Assembly (NCBI GenBank): GCA_963749075.1
Contig: CAVVLJ010000020.1
Coordinates: 224,001-288,000 of the forward strand
Direction of reading: 5' to 3'
Source: an uncultured Pseudomonadota bacterium
Lineage (GTDB): Bacteria; Pseudomonadota; Alphaproteobacteria; JACZXZ01
Length of the DNA stretch: 64,000 bases
This document shows positions 1-10,376 of this stretch, piece by piece. The notes beneath the pieces were generated by a model that worked only from the letters and a program-made list of their open reading frames with translations, was not told where the DNA came from and did not search any database. Made by a program: the position numbers and the translations under genes. How positions within the stretch are numbered: position 1 is the stretch's first letter; every line of letters starts with the position of its first letter.

Positions 1-96
1 GAGGATGAAGGTGAAGACGAGGATGGTGAGCGCCACCTCGTTGTGCAGCACGAGAGGCAATGCCAGGAGCGGCAGCCACGCAAGCGCCGCCTTCAT
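1..96 (-). CDS. Branched-chain amino acid ABC permease (LivM-like), 5' part only; runs off window
   Basis: ATG at 96 overlaps the livH-like stop (ATGA); hydrophobic N-terminus MKAALAWLPLLALPLVLHNEVALTILVFTFIL. Confidence 0.7.
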   Translation of the reverse strand, partial: MKAALAWLPLLALPLVLHNEVALTILVFTFIL

Positions 97-953
97 CGGT
101 TGGCCCCGAAGAGGCCCGCGGGCCGGAAGAGCAGGATGAGGACGAGGAACACGAGGCCGTAGGCGTCGCGGTAGGCCTGGGGGAAGAAGATCGAGCCGAC
201 CGCCTCGGTGACGCCGAGCACGATGCCGCCCACGAGCGAGCCCATGACGCTGCCGATGCCGGCGAGGATCGCCGCCTCCACGCCCTTCAGGATGTAGCTC
301 GAGCCCATCGAGACCTCGAGCGAGTAGAGGCTCGCGTAAAGGGCACCGCCCAGGCCGGCGAGTGCGGTCGAATAGACCACGACGCCGGTCTCCAAGAGGC
401 GCGTGCGCACGCCCATGAGGAGGGCGGCCTCGGGCGCCTGGGCATAGGCGTAGGCGGCACGCCCGGCCCAGGTGCGGGTGAGTGCCGCATAGGTGGCGAG
501 GATCACCGCGAGGAGGACGAGGAAGACCACGCCCTTCATCTTGGGCACGATGAAGAAGCCGAAATTGACGATGCCCGGCAGTACGTAGTGCATGTTCTTG
601 GGCGTCGTGGTCCACACCATGAGGAGCACGCTCTCGATCACCGAGATGAGCCCGATCGAGACGATGAGCCCGTTGATCAGGTTGTTGCGCGTGAAGCGGA
701 AGAGCGCCTGGTCCGCGACCAGGCCGCAGAAGGCGGTCGCCAGCACGGCGAGCGGGATCGCCGCGGGATAGGCGATGCCGAGGCCGTCGGTCAGGTACCA
801 GCCGACGTAGGCGCCGACCGCCATGAAGGCGCCGAGCGCGAAGTTGACGATGCCGGTGATGCCGAAGGTCAGCGTGACGCCGAGTGCGATGATCCCGTAG
901 AGCGTGCCGATGATGACGCCGTTGAGGAGCTGTCCCAAGACGAGTTGCAGCAC
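93..953 (-). CDS. Branched-chain amino acid ABC permease (LivH-like)
   Basis: GTLYGIIALGVTLTFGITGIVNFALG motif; GTG start at 953 just after the SBP stop. Confidence 0.9.
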   Translation of the reverse strand: MLQLVLGQLLNGVIIGTLYGIIALGVTLTFGITGIVNFALGAFMAVGAYVGWYLTDGLGIAYPAAIPLAVLATAFCGLVADQALFRFTRNNLINGLIVSIGLISVIESVLLMVWTTTPKNMHYVLPGIVNFGFFIVPKMKGVVFLVLLAVILATYAALTRTWAGRAAYAYAQAPEAALLMGVRTRLLETGVVVYSTALAGLGGALYASLYSLEVSMGSSYILKGVEAAILAGIGSVMGSLVGGIVLGVTEAVGSIFFPQAYRDAYGLVFLVLILLFRPAGLFGANR

Positions 954-958
954 GAGGC

Positions 959-2161
959 TCACTTCGGCGCGAAGTGCGTGACTTCGATCTTGCCGCCCTT
1001 CTTGATGTCGACCACGTCGAAGTTGAAGACCTCCTCGCCGCTCGCGTCGAAGCGCATGTTCCACAGCCCTCGTAGGTGAAGGAGAGCAGGGCCGCCTTCA
1101 CCTTCGCCACGTCGTCGACGCGTCCCCGCCTTCTGCATCGCCTCGACCAGCATGAAGACGTGGTCGTAGCAGGAGGAGGAGCAGAGCGGCGCCTGGTCGT
1201 AGGGGAAATCGGCCGTCTTGTAGAAGGCCTTGTAGTCGGCGATGAACTTCTTGACCTTGGGCTCGCTCTTCTCCGCCTCCTCGAAGTATTTGGGGATGTA
1301 GATGATGTAGTCGTCGAGCGCCTCCTTGTTCTTGAGCCCGGGGCCGAGCGAGCCGCGCACCAGCCAGAAACGCGTCAGGCCCGACCTCGGTCGCCTGGCG
1401 CACGATGTCGTAGAGCACGGCGTCGGTGTAGCCGGGGAAGAGATAGTCGGGCTTGGAGGCCGCGATCTTGGCGAGCACGCTCGAGAAGTCGGTGGTGCCG
1501 GGCTCGAACCACTCCTCCTCGAGGGCGATGCCCTCCTTTTGGAAGAGCGGCGCGTAGATGTCGCGCGCGACGTGGCCGAAGGCGTCGTTCTGCATGAGCA
1601 TCGCCACTTTCTTGGCGCCGCGCTCCTTGAGGTTCTGCCACCATGAGCGAGCCGAAGCCGGCGGCTCCCGCGTCCCAGTTCCAGCGAGCGGATGAGATAG
1701 CCGTGCTGCGGCTTGCCGAGATCGAAGTGGATCGCCGTGGCGCCGCCGATCAGGAGGAACTTGCCGCCGAAGCCGGTGGCGTAGGGCTCGATGCCCTTGT
1801 AGATGTTGGTGAGGAAGGGCCCGAAGACGAAGCGCACCTGCTCCTCTTCCAGCATCTTCTTGAGCTCGATGAGCGCCTGCTGGGGATTGCCCTGGGTGTC
1901 GGGGTTGAGGAGCTCGAGCGTGTAGGTCTTGCCGGCGACCGCGAAGCCGCCCGCCTTGTTGATCTCGTCGACCGCCATGCGCATGCCTTGGGCCGACATC
2001 CAGCCGTAGGTGTTGAGGGGGCCGGTCTGCGCCTCGATCTCGCCGATCTTGACGGTGTTCTGTGCCTCGGCCGACGCCAGTCCCAAGCCGATGACGGCGG
2101 CAAGGCCCGCGAGCGCCGTCGCGATCCTTGCCGGCCAGTGCCGCTCTTGGAAGCACCCCAT
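959..2161 (-). pseudogene. LivK/LivJ-type ABC substrate-binding protein with about five single-base indels (pseudogene or sequencing errors)
   Basis: Collinear with the intact paralog at 2724-3920; frame switches near 1072, 1122, 1380, 1638 and 1686. Confidence 0.8.
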
Positions 2162-2333
2162 GTCGTCCTCCCCCGGCTGTTCGCCGTCTATTATGTCAGT
2201 GATATTTCAAGCCGGCGGCCACGCTACCATCCCGGCCCTCACCATGCAAGCGAGGGAGAAGGCGGAGGCCGTCGAGACCGGCTATGGTGGCGCGGGGCAT
2301 CGCTCGCACAAGCATCGGCAGAGGAACGGCACC

Positions 2334-2516
2334 ATGAAAGTGAAAATCTTCCGCGTCTTCGGGACACTCGAGGCGAACAATCTTGAAAGCGAGATCAACG
2401 CCTGGCTCGGCAAGCTGCCGGCCACGTCGCGCATCGTCTGGACGAATACGACATCCTGCGCCGTGGGCCAGCAAAGCCAGGCTTCCGTGATCGTTGCGAT
2501 CTGGTACGAGGGGTAA
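2334..2516 (+). CDS. Small 60-aa protein resembling the Cse60/DUF2758 family
   Basis: AGAGGA RBS; MKVKIF...LESEINAWL...VIVAIWYE pattern. Confidence 0.55.
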   Translation: MKVKIFRVFGTLEANNLESEINAWLGKLPATSRIVWTNTTSCAVGQQSQASVIVAIWYEG

Positions 2517-2579
2517 GCCGCCTCAGTGGCCGACCCGGAAAGGAATGCGTTATTTTCGATGAATTGTTGGCCACCCGCC

Positions 2580-2658
2580 GTCATTCCCGCGAAGGCGGGA
2601 ATCCACGGTTGGTCCGATACCTGGCGTCAAAGATGGACCCCGCTTTCGCGGGGGTGAC
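2580..2658. repeat. REP/RPE-type palindromic element
   Basis: GTCATTCCCGCGAAGGCGGGAATCCA...TGGACCCCGCTTTCGCGGGGGTGAC inverted arms. Confidence 0.85.
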
Positions 2659-2723
2659 GAATGGCTCGTTGAAAATCAACGATCGGCTTCGAGCGAGGCT
2701 CTCGGATCGGGACGGCGCTCCCC

Positions 2724-3920
2724 TCACTTCGGCGTCACGTGGTCGACCGTGATCTTGCCGCCCTTCTTGAGATCGACGATGTCGAAGTTGAAGACCTCCT
2801 CGCCCGTCTTGTCGAAGTGGAGGGTCCAGAGGCCCGAATAGCTGAGCGAGAGGAGGGCTGCCTTCACCTTCGCCACGTCGTCGACGCTGCCGGCCTCTTT
2901 CATCGCCTCCACCAGCATGAAGACGTGGTCGTAGCAGGAGGAGGAGCAGAGCGGCGCCTGGTCGTAGGGAAACTCGGTCTTGTAGTAGGCCTTGTAGGCA
3001 GCGATGAATTGCTTGACCTTGGGCTCGCTCTTCTCGGCCTCCTCGAAATATTTCGGCACATAGACCACGTAGTCGTCGAGCGAATCCTTGTTCTTGAGGC
3101 CGGGCCCGAGCGAGCCGCGGATGAGCCAGAAGCGCGTGATGCCGAGCTCGCTCGCCTGGCGCACGATGTCGTAGAGGGCTGCGTCGGTATAGCCGGGGAA
3201 GAGGTAGTCGGGCTTGGCGGCCGCGATCTTGGCGAGCGTCGCCGAGAAGTCGGTGGTGCCCGGCTCGAACCACTCCTCGGAAAGGGCGATGCCGCTCTCC
3301 TTGAAGATCGGCGCGTAGATGTCGCGCGCCACGTGGCCGGCCGCATCGTTCTGCATCAGCATGGCGACCGTCTTGACGCCGTGCTGCTTCAAATAGTCGA
3401 CCATGAGCGAGCCGAAGCCCGAGGCGCCCGCGTCCCAGTTCCAGCTCCGCATCAGATAGCCGTGCTGAGGCTTGCCGAGGTCGAAGTGGATGCCGGTGGC
3501 GCCGCCGAGCATGAGGAACTGGCCGTCATGGGCGTTGGCATAGGCCTCGATGCCCTTGTAGACGTTGGTGAGGAACGGCCCGAAGACGAACTTGACGTGC
3601 TCCTCGTCGATCAGCTTCTTGAACTCGATGAGGCCCTGCTGCGGATTGCCCTGGGTGTCGGGATTGAGGAGCTGGAGCTTGTACGTCTTGCCGGCGACCG
3701 CGAAGCCGCCCGCCTTGTTGATCTCGTCGACCGCCATGCGCGTGCCCTGGGTGGACATCCAGCCGTAGGTGGTGAGCGCTCCGGTCTGCGCCTCGATCTC
3801 GCCGAGCTTGACGACTTCCTGCGCCGCGGCCGGCGCGGGCGCCAAGAGTGCCGCAAGCGCCGCGGCGGCAAGCGTGCCCGCGACGAAATCTCTCCACTGC
3901 CGGTGACGGCTCGACCGCAT
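2724..3920 (-). CDS. Branched-chain amino acid-type ABC substrate-binding protein
   Basis: Signal peptide; KLGEIEAQTG, EINKAGG, DFSATLAKI motifs; GGAGG RBS. Confidence 0.9.
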   Translation of the reverse strand: MRSSRHRQWRDFVAGTLAAAALAALLAPAPAAAQEVVKLGEIEAQTGALTTYGWMSTQGTRMAVDEINKAGGFAVAGKTYKLQLLNPDTQGNPQQGLIEFKKLIDEEHVKFVFGPFLTNVYKGIEAYANAHDGQFLMLGGATGIHFDLGKPQHGYLMRSWNWDAGASGFGSLMVDYLKQHGVKTVAMLMQNDAAGHVARDIYAPIFKESGIALSEEWFEPGTTDFSATLAKIAAAKPDYLFPGYTDAALYDIVRQASELGITRFWLIRGSLGPGLKNKDSLDDYVVYVPKYFEEAEKSEPKVKQFIAAYKAYYKTEFPYDQAPLCSSSCYDHVFMLVEAMKEAGSVDDVAKVKAALLSLSYSGLWTLHFDKTGEEVFNFDIVDLKKGGKITVDHVTPK

Positions 3921-4060
3921 GGCGTCCTCCCTCAAGCGATTTTCTGTTCGCAGCGTGCTATCTTAGTGGTATCTTAGCGCGATGACAACGCTAGCACCGC
4001 CGCCTCCTCCTGGCAAGCGGCGGCGGAGTGCAACGGCGGACTGCGAGGGAGCGAGGAGCC

Positions 4061-4927
4061 ATGCCGAAGCGTCTCAGCGGGCGAGAGATCGAGCAATTCC
4101 ACGAGGAAGGCTGCATCTTCCCCATTCGCGTCATGTCGGAAGCGGAAGCGGGCGAGCTGCGCGCGCGGCTCGAGGAGTTCGAGCGGCAGACCGGCGGCCC
4201 GCTCAAGGGCGATCTGCGCCACAAGTCGCATCTCCTCTTCGCCTGGCTCGACGAGCTCGTGCACAAAAGCGACATCCTCGATGCGGTCGAGGACCTCTAC
4301 GGCCCGGACCTGCTCTGCTGGACCAGCAATTTCTTCATCAAGGAGGCGCGCAACCCGGCCTTCGTCTCCTGGCACCAGGATTCGACCTATTGGGGATTGA
4401 GCCGGCCGGACGTGGTGACCGCCTGGGTGGCCTTCACCGAGGCCACGCCCGCCAACGGCGCCATGGAATACATCCCCGGCAGCCACCAGCTCGAGCAGAT
4501 CCCGCACCGCGACACCTTCGCCAAGAACAATCTCTTAACGCGCGGCCAGGAGATCGCGGTCGAGGTCGACCGCTCGCAGCGCCGCGTCATCACGCTCCGG
4601 CCGGGCGAGATGTCGCTCCACCACGTGCGCCTGGTGCACGGCTCGCCGCCCAACCCCTCGGACGACCGCCGCATCGGCTTCGCCGTCCGCTACATCCCGA
4701 CCTCGGTCGCGCAACTAGCCGGCGAGGACAGCGCCGTCCTCGTGCGCGGCTCCGACCGCTACCGCCATTTCGAGCCCGAGCCGCGGCCGAGCCGCGATCT
4801 CGAACCCGATTTCGTGGCGCTCCACCGCCGCATCACCGAGCGCAACGCCAAGATCCTCTACCGCGGCACCGAGGTGGCGAGCTACAACGACCCCAAGGCG
4901 CTGGCCGAGCGCGGCTCCGCCGCCTGA
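4061..4927 (+). CDS. Phytanoyl-CoA dioxygenase (PhyH) family Fe(II)/2OG dioxygenase
   Basis: WHQD and HGS iron-binding motifs; NGAMEYIPGSH. Confidence 0.9.
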   Translation: MPKRLSGREIEQFHEEGCIFPIRVMSEAEAGELRARLEEFERQTGGPLKGDLRHKSHLLFAWLDELVHKSDILDAVEDLYGPDLLCWTSNFFIKEARNPAFVSWHQDSTYWGLSRPDVVTAWVAFTEATPANGAMEYIPGSHQLEQIPHRDTFAKNNLLTRGQEIAVEVDRSQRRVITLRPGEMSLHHVRLVHGSPPNPSDDRRIGFAVRYIPTSVAQLAGEDSAVLVRGSDRYRHFEPEPRPSRDLEPDFVALHRRITERNAKILYRGTEVASYNDPKALAERGSAA

Positions 4928-4962
4928 GCCTGCGCGCTTCATAGCACGCTGAGGAGAGGACG

Positions 4963-5817
4963 ATGAGCGAGCGTCAGCGCTTGACCATTCCCGATTTGAG
5001 GAAGCGCAAGGCGGCCGGCGAGCGCGTCGTCATGGCCTCGATCACCGACTACATGATGGCGCAATGGGCCGAGCGCGGCGGCGTCGACATCGTGGCCATC
5101 GGCGACAGCCTGGCGATGATCACTTACGGCCATCCGAACACCCTCGCCATGACCGTCGACCAGATGATCGAGCATACCAAGGCGGTGATCCGAGGTGCGC
5201 CCAGCACCATGTCGCTGGTCGCCATGCCCTACGGCTCCTATGCCACGCCCGAGATCGCCGTCACCAACGCGCTCCGCCTCATGAAGGAGAGCGGCGTGGA
5301 CGCGGTCAAGCTGCAGGGCGGGCGCGAGAAGTTCGCCGTCATCAGGGCGGTCGCCCAAGCGGGCGTGCCCGTCATGAGCCACGTCGGCATGTGCCCCCAT
5401 TTCGTCCACACCTACGGCGGCTTCAAGCTCCAGGGGCGCACCGCCGAGGAGGCCATGCGCATCGTCGGCGACGCGCGCGCCATCGAGGAAGCCGGCGCCG
5501 TCGGCCTCGAGATCGAGGCAGTACCCCCCGAGGTGGGCGCCGCCGTCGAGGCCGCGGTCGGCATCTTCACCTTCTCGATCGGCGCCGGCGGTGCCGGCTC
5601 AGGCCAGCTCCTCCTCGGCGCCGACCTCATCGGCGCCTTCGACAACTTCAAGCCGAAGTTCGCCAAGCGCTACGGCAACCTGGCCGAGGTGGCGACGAGC
5701 GCCTTCGCCGCCTACGTCGCGGACGTGCGCGCCAAGAGCTTCCCCGGCGACGAGCATTGCTACCGCATGAAGCCCGAGGAGGCGGCGCGCTTGAGGGAGA
5801 TGCTGGCGCGCGGGTGA
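4963..5817 (+). CDS. panB: 3-methyl-2-oxobutanoate hydroxymethyltransferase (PanB family)
   Basis: GDSLAM, VMSHVG..P, FKLQGR, PKFAKRY motifs; some residues diverge from canonical PanB. Confidence 0.8.
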   Translation: MSERQRLTIPDLRKRKAAGERVVMASITDYMMAQWAERGGVDIVAIGDSLAMITYGHPNTLAMTVDQMIEHTKAVIRGAPSTMSLVAMPYGSYATPEIAVTNALRLMKESGVDAVKLQGGREKFAVIRAVAQAGVPVMSHVGMCPHFVHTYGGFKLQGRTAEEAMRIVGDARAIEEAGAVGLEIEAVPPEVGAAVEAAVGIFTFSIGAGGAGSGQLLLGADLIGAFDNFKPKFAKRYGNLAEVATSAFAAYVADVRAKSFPGDEHCYRMKPEEAARLREMLARG

Positions 5818-5831
5818 GCCTCGCCGTTCTG

Positions 5832-6662
5832 TCAGACCCGGCCGTCCGGCCCCCAGGGCTGTGGCCGCGCCGAGAAGAAGCCGCCGAGGATGCGCGCTAC
5901 CTGCTCGGGCGCCTCGATGAGGATGGCGTGGCGCAGCTTGGGCAGGATGTGGAGCGTCGAATTGGCGATGCGCTCGTGCATGAGCCGCGCCATGCGCGGG
6001 CTGGAGCCGATGTCGTCCTCGCCGGTCATGACGAGCGTGGGTGCGGCGATCTCGGAGAGGCGCTCGGCGAAGTCCGTCGTCGCCAGCACGCGGTAGGCGG
6101 CGGCGTAGCATGCGGCATCGTTCGCCTTGTTGCGCTCGGCATAGTCCGCGAGCAGCGCCGGGTTGCGCGCGCGGAACTCGTCGGTGAACCAGCGCTCGAG
6201 CGAGCGGCCGAAGTGCTCGCCCGGGATGCCGCCCTCGACGATCTTGAGGCGCGCGAGCACGGCCGCCTTCTCCGCCTCACTGCGCCCGGCGGTCGTGCTC
6301 AGGAGGGCGAGCTTCTCGAGCCGCTCGGGATGCGAGAGGGCGAAGCCCTGGGCCACGAGGCCGCCGAGCGAGAAGCCGGCGAGGTGGCAGCGCCGGAAGC
6401 CGGCCGCGGCGAGGAGGGCGCTCAGATCCTCGACGAAATCGCCGATCGCGTAAGGGCCCGGCACCTTCTCCGACTCGCCGTGGCCGCGCAGGTCGTAGCG
6501 CAGGATGCGGTAGCGCCGCGCGAGCCGCGCCGCCACGCCGTCCCAAGCCTCGAGCCGGTTGCCCACGCCGTGGACGAGGACGAGCGCCCCGCCCGCCCCC
6601 TCGAGCCGGCAGCGCAAAGCGACGCCGTTGGCGCGGATCACCGTCGTGCCGTCGCTCGTCAT
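5832..6662 (-). CDS. Alpha/beta hydrolase (PcaD-like)
   Basis: HGVG, YDLRGHG, GFSLGG nucleophile elbow, GEDD, C-terminal His. Confidence 0.85.
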   Translation of the reverse strand: MTSDGTTVIRANGVALRCRLEGAGGALVLVHGVGNRLEAWDGVAARLARRYRILRYDLRGHGESEKVPGPYAIGDFVEDLSALLAAAGFRRCHLAGFSLGGLVAQGFALSHPERLEKLALLSTTAGRSEAEKAAVLARLKIVEGGIPGEHFGRSLERWFTDEFRARNPALLADYAERNKANDAACYAAAYRVLATTDFAERLSEIAAPTLVMTGEDDIGSSPRMARLMHERIANSTLHILPKLRHAILIEAPEQVARILGGFFSARPQPWGPDGRV

Positions 6663-6697
6663 GCCGCATCCCTCGCTACCGCCAGCACGCGTTGCTC

Positions 6698-6800
6698 ACC
6701 CCCCTCCCTGCCCTCCCCCTCAAGGGGGGAGGGGAAGGAGACGAATTGGTCCGCTAATTTAACCCCCTCCCCCCTCGAGGGGGAGGGATGGGGAGGGGGG
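6698..6800. repeat. C/G-rich REP doublet (CCCCTCCC...GGGAGGGG family)
   Basis: Two inverted CCCTCCCCCTCAAGGGGGGAGGG-type units; same family at 33045, 37139 and 60664. Confidence 0.85.
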
Positions 6801-6813
6801 ATCACGGAGCGCG

Positions 6814-7896
6814 TCACGGCGCTGCGCCCCCGGCACTTGCCGTCAGGCGCGCCGGCACCTCGCGGAAATGGGGCATGACCTCGGCGATGAAGAGCTCGAG
6901 CGAGCGGCGCGTCCTCTCATAGGGCAGGCCGAAGTTGGCACCGTAGCAGAACTGCTCGACGCCCGCCGCCTCGTATTGCCTGAGCTTGGCCACCACCTCT
7001 TGGGGCGTGCCGAAGACCATGCTGTCGCGCACGGCGTCCGGCCGGTAGTTGCCGCCGTCGCCGAGCCCGCCGAGATCGGCCGCGGCGGGAAAGCCGTTCT
7101 CAACGCCGCCGATGTTGCGGAAGAGCGTCTCGAAGCGGCGGCTGTGGGCGATCGAGGCCGCGACCGGGAGCCGCCAGTCCTCCGGCCGCTGGTAGACGTA
7201 AGTGCGGCGCAGCATGAGGAAGCGCGGCCGTGCCCGGCCCGGATGGCGCGCGAGCGTCTCGGCGAAGCGGCGGCCGAGAATGGCGACCTCGGCGTGCGGT
7301 CGCGCGAGCGGCGTCGCCATGATGTGGGCGCCTTGTGCCACCGCCCAATCGAAGGTGCCCTCGTCGCGCGCCGCCACCCAGATCGGCGGGTGCGGCTTCT
7401 GCAGCGGCTTCGGCACCGCGGTAGCGCTGGGAAAGGACCAGAACTCGCCGCGGTGCTCCGTGTCGCCCTGCCACAGCGCCTTCACCACCGGCAGCATCTC
7501 CTTGAGGCAGGCGACGCCCGTCTCTGGCTTCATACCGCGGGCCATGCGGTCGAACTCGTATTGGAAGGCGCCGCGCGCGATGCCGAACTCGAGGCGGCCG
7601 CCGGAGAGCACGTCGAAAAGTGCGGCTTCGCCGGCAAGCCTGATGGGATGCCAATAGGGGGCGACCACCACGGCGGTGCCGAGGCGGATGCGCTCCGTGT
7701 GCGCGGCCCAGTGGCCGAGGATGAGGAACGGGTTGGGCGCCACCGTGAGCTCGATCCCGTGATGCTCGGCCGCCCAGGCGATCTCGAAGCCGCCCGCGTC
7801 GGCGAGCCGGACGAGGGCGAGCGCCTCGGCGGCGACCTCCCGCATGTCGCGGCCGGGTGCTAAGCGCTCCATGTTGACGGAGATCGAAAACCTCAC
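6814..7896 (-). CDS. Luciferase-like (LLM) flavin-dependent monooxygenase
   Basis: WAAEHHG, RIRLGTAV, SGGRLEFGIARG, PKPLQKPHPPIWVA. Confidence 0.9.
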   Translation of the reverse strand: MRFSISVNMERLAPGRDMREVAAEALALVRLADAGGFEIAWAAEHHGIELTVAPNPFLILGHWAAHTERIRLGTAVVVAPYWHPIRLAGEAALFDVLSGGRLEFGIARGAFQYEFDRMARGMKPETGVACLKEMLPVVKALWQGDTEHRGEFWSFPSATAVPKPLQKPHPPIWVAARDEGTFDWAVAQGAHIMATPLARPHAEVAILGRRFAETLARHPGRARPRFLMLRRTYVYQRPEDWRLPVAASIAHSRRFETLFRNIGGVENGFPAAADLGGLGDGGNYRPDAVRDSMVFGTPQEVVAKLRQYEAAGVEQFCYGANFGLPYERTRRSLELFIAEVMPHFREVPARLTASAGGAAP

Positions 7897-8167
7897 CGCG
7901 GCCCCCGCTCCAGCCTCGCCCGTCACGGCACGCCTGCGCATTTCCCGCTTGAGGGAGATGGCATGCGGCCCGCCGGCGCAAGACGGCCAGCGTCAGATTG
8001 CCGGCGCCAGATTAAAGGCCAGGCGGCGGCGCTGTCGACCGGCGAAACGGCGGTGCCGCGCGTTCGCCCCCCGTTCGCCTTCCCCGTTCGTCCTTGGCCG
8101 GCGCCGCACGGTTGCGCTAGGATGCGCCTGCCGTACCGGCCGTCCGGCGCACTACAGGAAGAGCCGC

Positions 8168-8365
8168 ATGCGATGCCTGCCGTATCTCGCTCTCCTTTCC
8201 CTGGTCCTCGCCGCCTGCAGCCCGACCATGATCGTGCTGCGCCAACCGGAGAGCGGCCAGATCGCCGAATGCTCGACGCAGATCCTCGTCGCGAGCGTGG
8301 TGGACCACATCGATGACTGTGCCGAGGCCTATAAGCAGAAGGGCTACGAGCAACAGATTCCGTGA
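8168..8365 (+). CDS. Small lipoprotein
   Basis: Lipobox LAAC; two further Cys (C...DCAEAYKQKGY); RBS present. Confidence 0.6.
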   Translation: MRCLPYLALLSLVLAACSPTMIVLRQPESGQIAECSTQILVASVVDHIDDCAEAYKQKGYEQQIP

Positions 8366-8549
8366 GCGCGGCCCGACGGCCTCGTTCTCCGCTCGAGCGC
8401 CGCAGAAGGCCATTCCGCCGCACCCCGTCTTCATGCTAGAGTGAGCTTGTTCTACTAACGAGTCACGCCTGCGAGCCGGCGATTGCTCAAGCGCGCGATG
8501 GCCTGGCGGCGCAAAGCAAGACAAGAAAAGCGCGCTTGGGAGGTCGGCC

Positions 8550-10175
8550 ATGTTCACGCAAATCCTGAATCCCACGGGGAATCTGTTCCTCACCTGGCTG
8601 GTGGCGCTCGTCCCCGTGGCGCTCCTTCTCATCCTCCTGGCCGTATTCCGCATGACGGCCTGGCTTGCCGTGCTGATCGGCTCGCTCGTCACCTTCGCGC
8701 TCGCCGCGGTGGTGTGGGGGATGCCGTTCGGCGACGGCGTGCATGCCTATGTCTACGGCTCGCTCACCGGCATCTGGGCGGTCGACTGGATCACCGTCTG
8801 GGGCGTCATGCTGTTCAACACGCTGATGGTGACGGGCGTGTTCGAGAAGTTCCGCCGCTGGCTCATCGCGCAAGGGACGGCCGACGTGCGCGTGCAGACC
8901 ATGCTCTTCGCCTGGGCCTTCGGCGCGCTGCTCGAGGGCCTGGTCGGCTTCGGCTATCCCTGGGCCTTCGTGGCGCCCATTCTCATCACGCTCGGGATTC
9001 CCGACCTCGATGCCATCCGGGTTGCCGCCATCGCCAACAACGCGCCGGTCTCCTATGGCGCGCTCGGCGCGCCGATCATCGCCCTTGCCGCGGTGACCGG
9101 CCTGCCGCTCCTCACCCTCTCGAGCTCGGTCGGCCACGTCGTGGCCGTGCTGGCGCTGCTGCCGCCCTGGGTGCTGCTCTATCTCGTGAGCGGCAGGAAG
9201 GGCATGCTGGAGGCTTGGCCGCTCGCCGTGGTGGGCTCGCTCGGCTACATCGCCGGCCAGCTGCCGGTAGCCGCCTACCTCGGCCCCTACCTGCCCGACG
9301 TGGCGGGCGCCATCGTCTGCTTCGCGGTCCTGCTCCTTCTCCTCAAGGTGTGGCGTCCGGCGACCGTGCTCGGCTACGGCGGCAAGCCGGTCTCCGCGGC
9401 CGACCAGGCCAAGCTCGCCGGCGGCGAGCACGGGCTCAGCGCCGGCGAGGTCTTCCAGGCCTGGCTGCCCTTCATCGTGCTGATCATCATCGTGGTCCTA
9501 TGGACCGGCCCGTGGTCGCCCATCCCGGGCTACGTCCCCCTCAAGCTCGCGGTGACGGCGGGCTCCTCCATTAATCCCGGCGCCAAGGTCGCCGCCGCCT
9601 TCAACTGGGCGCCAGGCATCGGCGGCAGTGCGATCATGGCCTCCTGGATCGTGGTGGCGCTCATGTTGAGGCTCAGCGGCGCGCAGCTCCGGGAGGTGTT
9701 CAAGCGCACCTGGGGCCAGATGTGGGGCGCCTGCCTGGTCGGCGTCTTCATCTTCGGGCTGGCCTTCGTCTTCAACTTCTCGGGCATGGCCGGCTCGCTC
9801 GCCTACGGCTTCTCGAAGATCGGCGTCTGGTTCATCATCGTGGCGCCCATCCTCGGCTGGATCGGCGTGGCGCTCTCGGGCAGCAACACCTCGACGAACG
9901 CCATGTTCGGCGCCTTCCAGATGACGGTCGGCAAGCTGCTCGGCTTCCCGGTGACGCTGCTGCCGACGCTCAACTCGGTCGGTGCCGAGATCGGCAAGCC
10001 CATCGCACCCCAGACGGCGAGCGTGGGCGTCTCCACGAGCCGCTTCGTGCGCAACGAGGGCGAGGTGATCCGCCACAACATGGGCTGGACCTTCATCCTG
10101 CTCATCTACCTCATCGTCATCGGCGTCGCGTTCTATTTCTTCTTTCCGCAGATCATCTGGCTCGGCCACAGCTGA
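8550..10175 (+). CDS. L-lactate permease (LctP family)
   Basis: ALLEGLVGFG, ANNAPVSYGALGAP, LSGSNTSTNAMFG, GKPIAPQ. Confidence 0.9.
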   Translation: MFTQILNPTGNLFLTWLVALVPVALLLILLAVFRMTAWLAVLIGSLVTFALAAVVWGMPFGDGVHAYVYGSLTGIWAVDWITVWGVMLFNTLMVTGVFEKFRRWLIAQGTADVRVQTMLFAWAFGALLEGLVGFGYPWAFVAPILITLGIPDLDAIRVAAIANNAPVSYGALGAPIIALAAVTGLPLLTLSSSVGHVVAVLALLPPWVLLYLVSGRKGMLEAWPLAVVGSLGYIAGQLPVAAYLGPYLPDVAGAIVCFAVLLLLLKVWRPATVLGYGGKPVSAADQAKLAGGEHGLSAGEVFQAWLPFIVLIIIVVLWTGPWSPIPGYVPLKLAVTAGSSINPGAKVAAAFNWAPGIGGSAIMASWIVVALMLRLSGAQLREVFKRTWGQMWGACLVGVFIFGLAFVFNFSGMAGSLAYGFSKIGVWFIIVAPILGWIGVALSGSNTSTNAMFGAFQMTVGKLLGFPVTLLPTLNSVGAEIGKPIAPQTASVGVSTSRFVRNEGEVIRHNMGWTFILLIYLIVIGVAFYFFFPQIIWLGHS

Positions 10176-10376
10176 TCTGAGCGCCGCGTATCGTTCGCGC
10201 CGTAGCGAAGCGTAAGCGCGCCGGGCTCCCGCCCCCGAGCTTGGCGCGCGCGCCGCGTCATCCTCCCGTTCGCGGAGGGGGAGCGCGGCCGAACGCGTCG
10301 ATGCCGAATAGGACTTGTCTCGCGCGGCCGCGCCCGCTTAAGTCTCGTGACAAAGCAAGCGAGCGAGGTGCCGCAC

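Noticed and set aside
959-2161. Programmed frameshifting (also in yejA and yejEF)
   Set aside because: Scattered single-base indels without slippery motifs; sequencing error or decay is more likely
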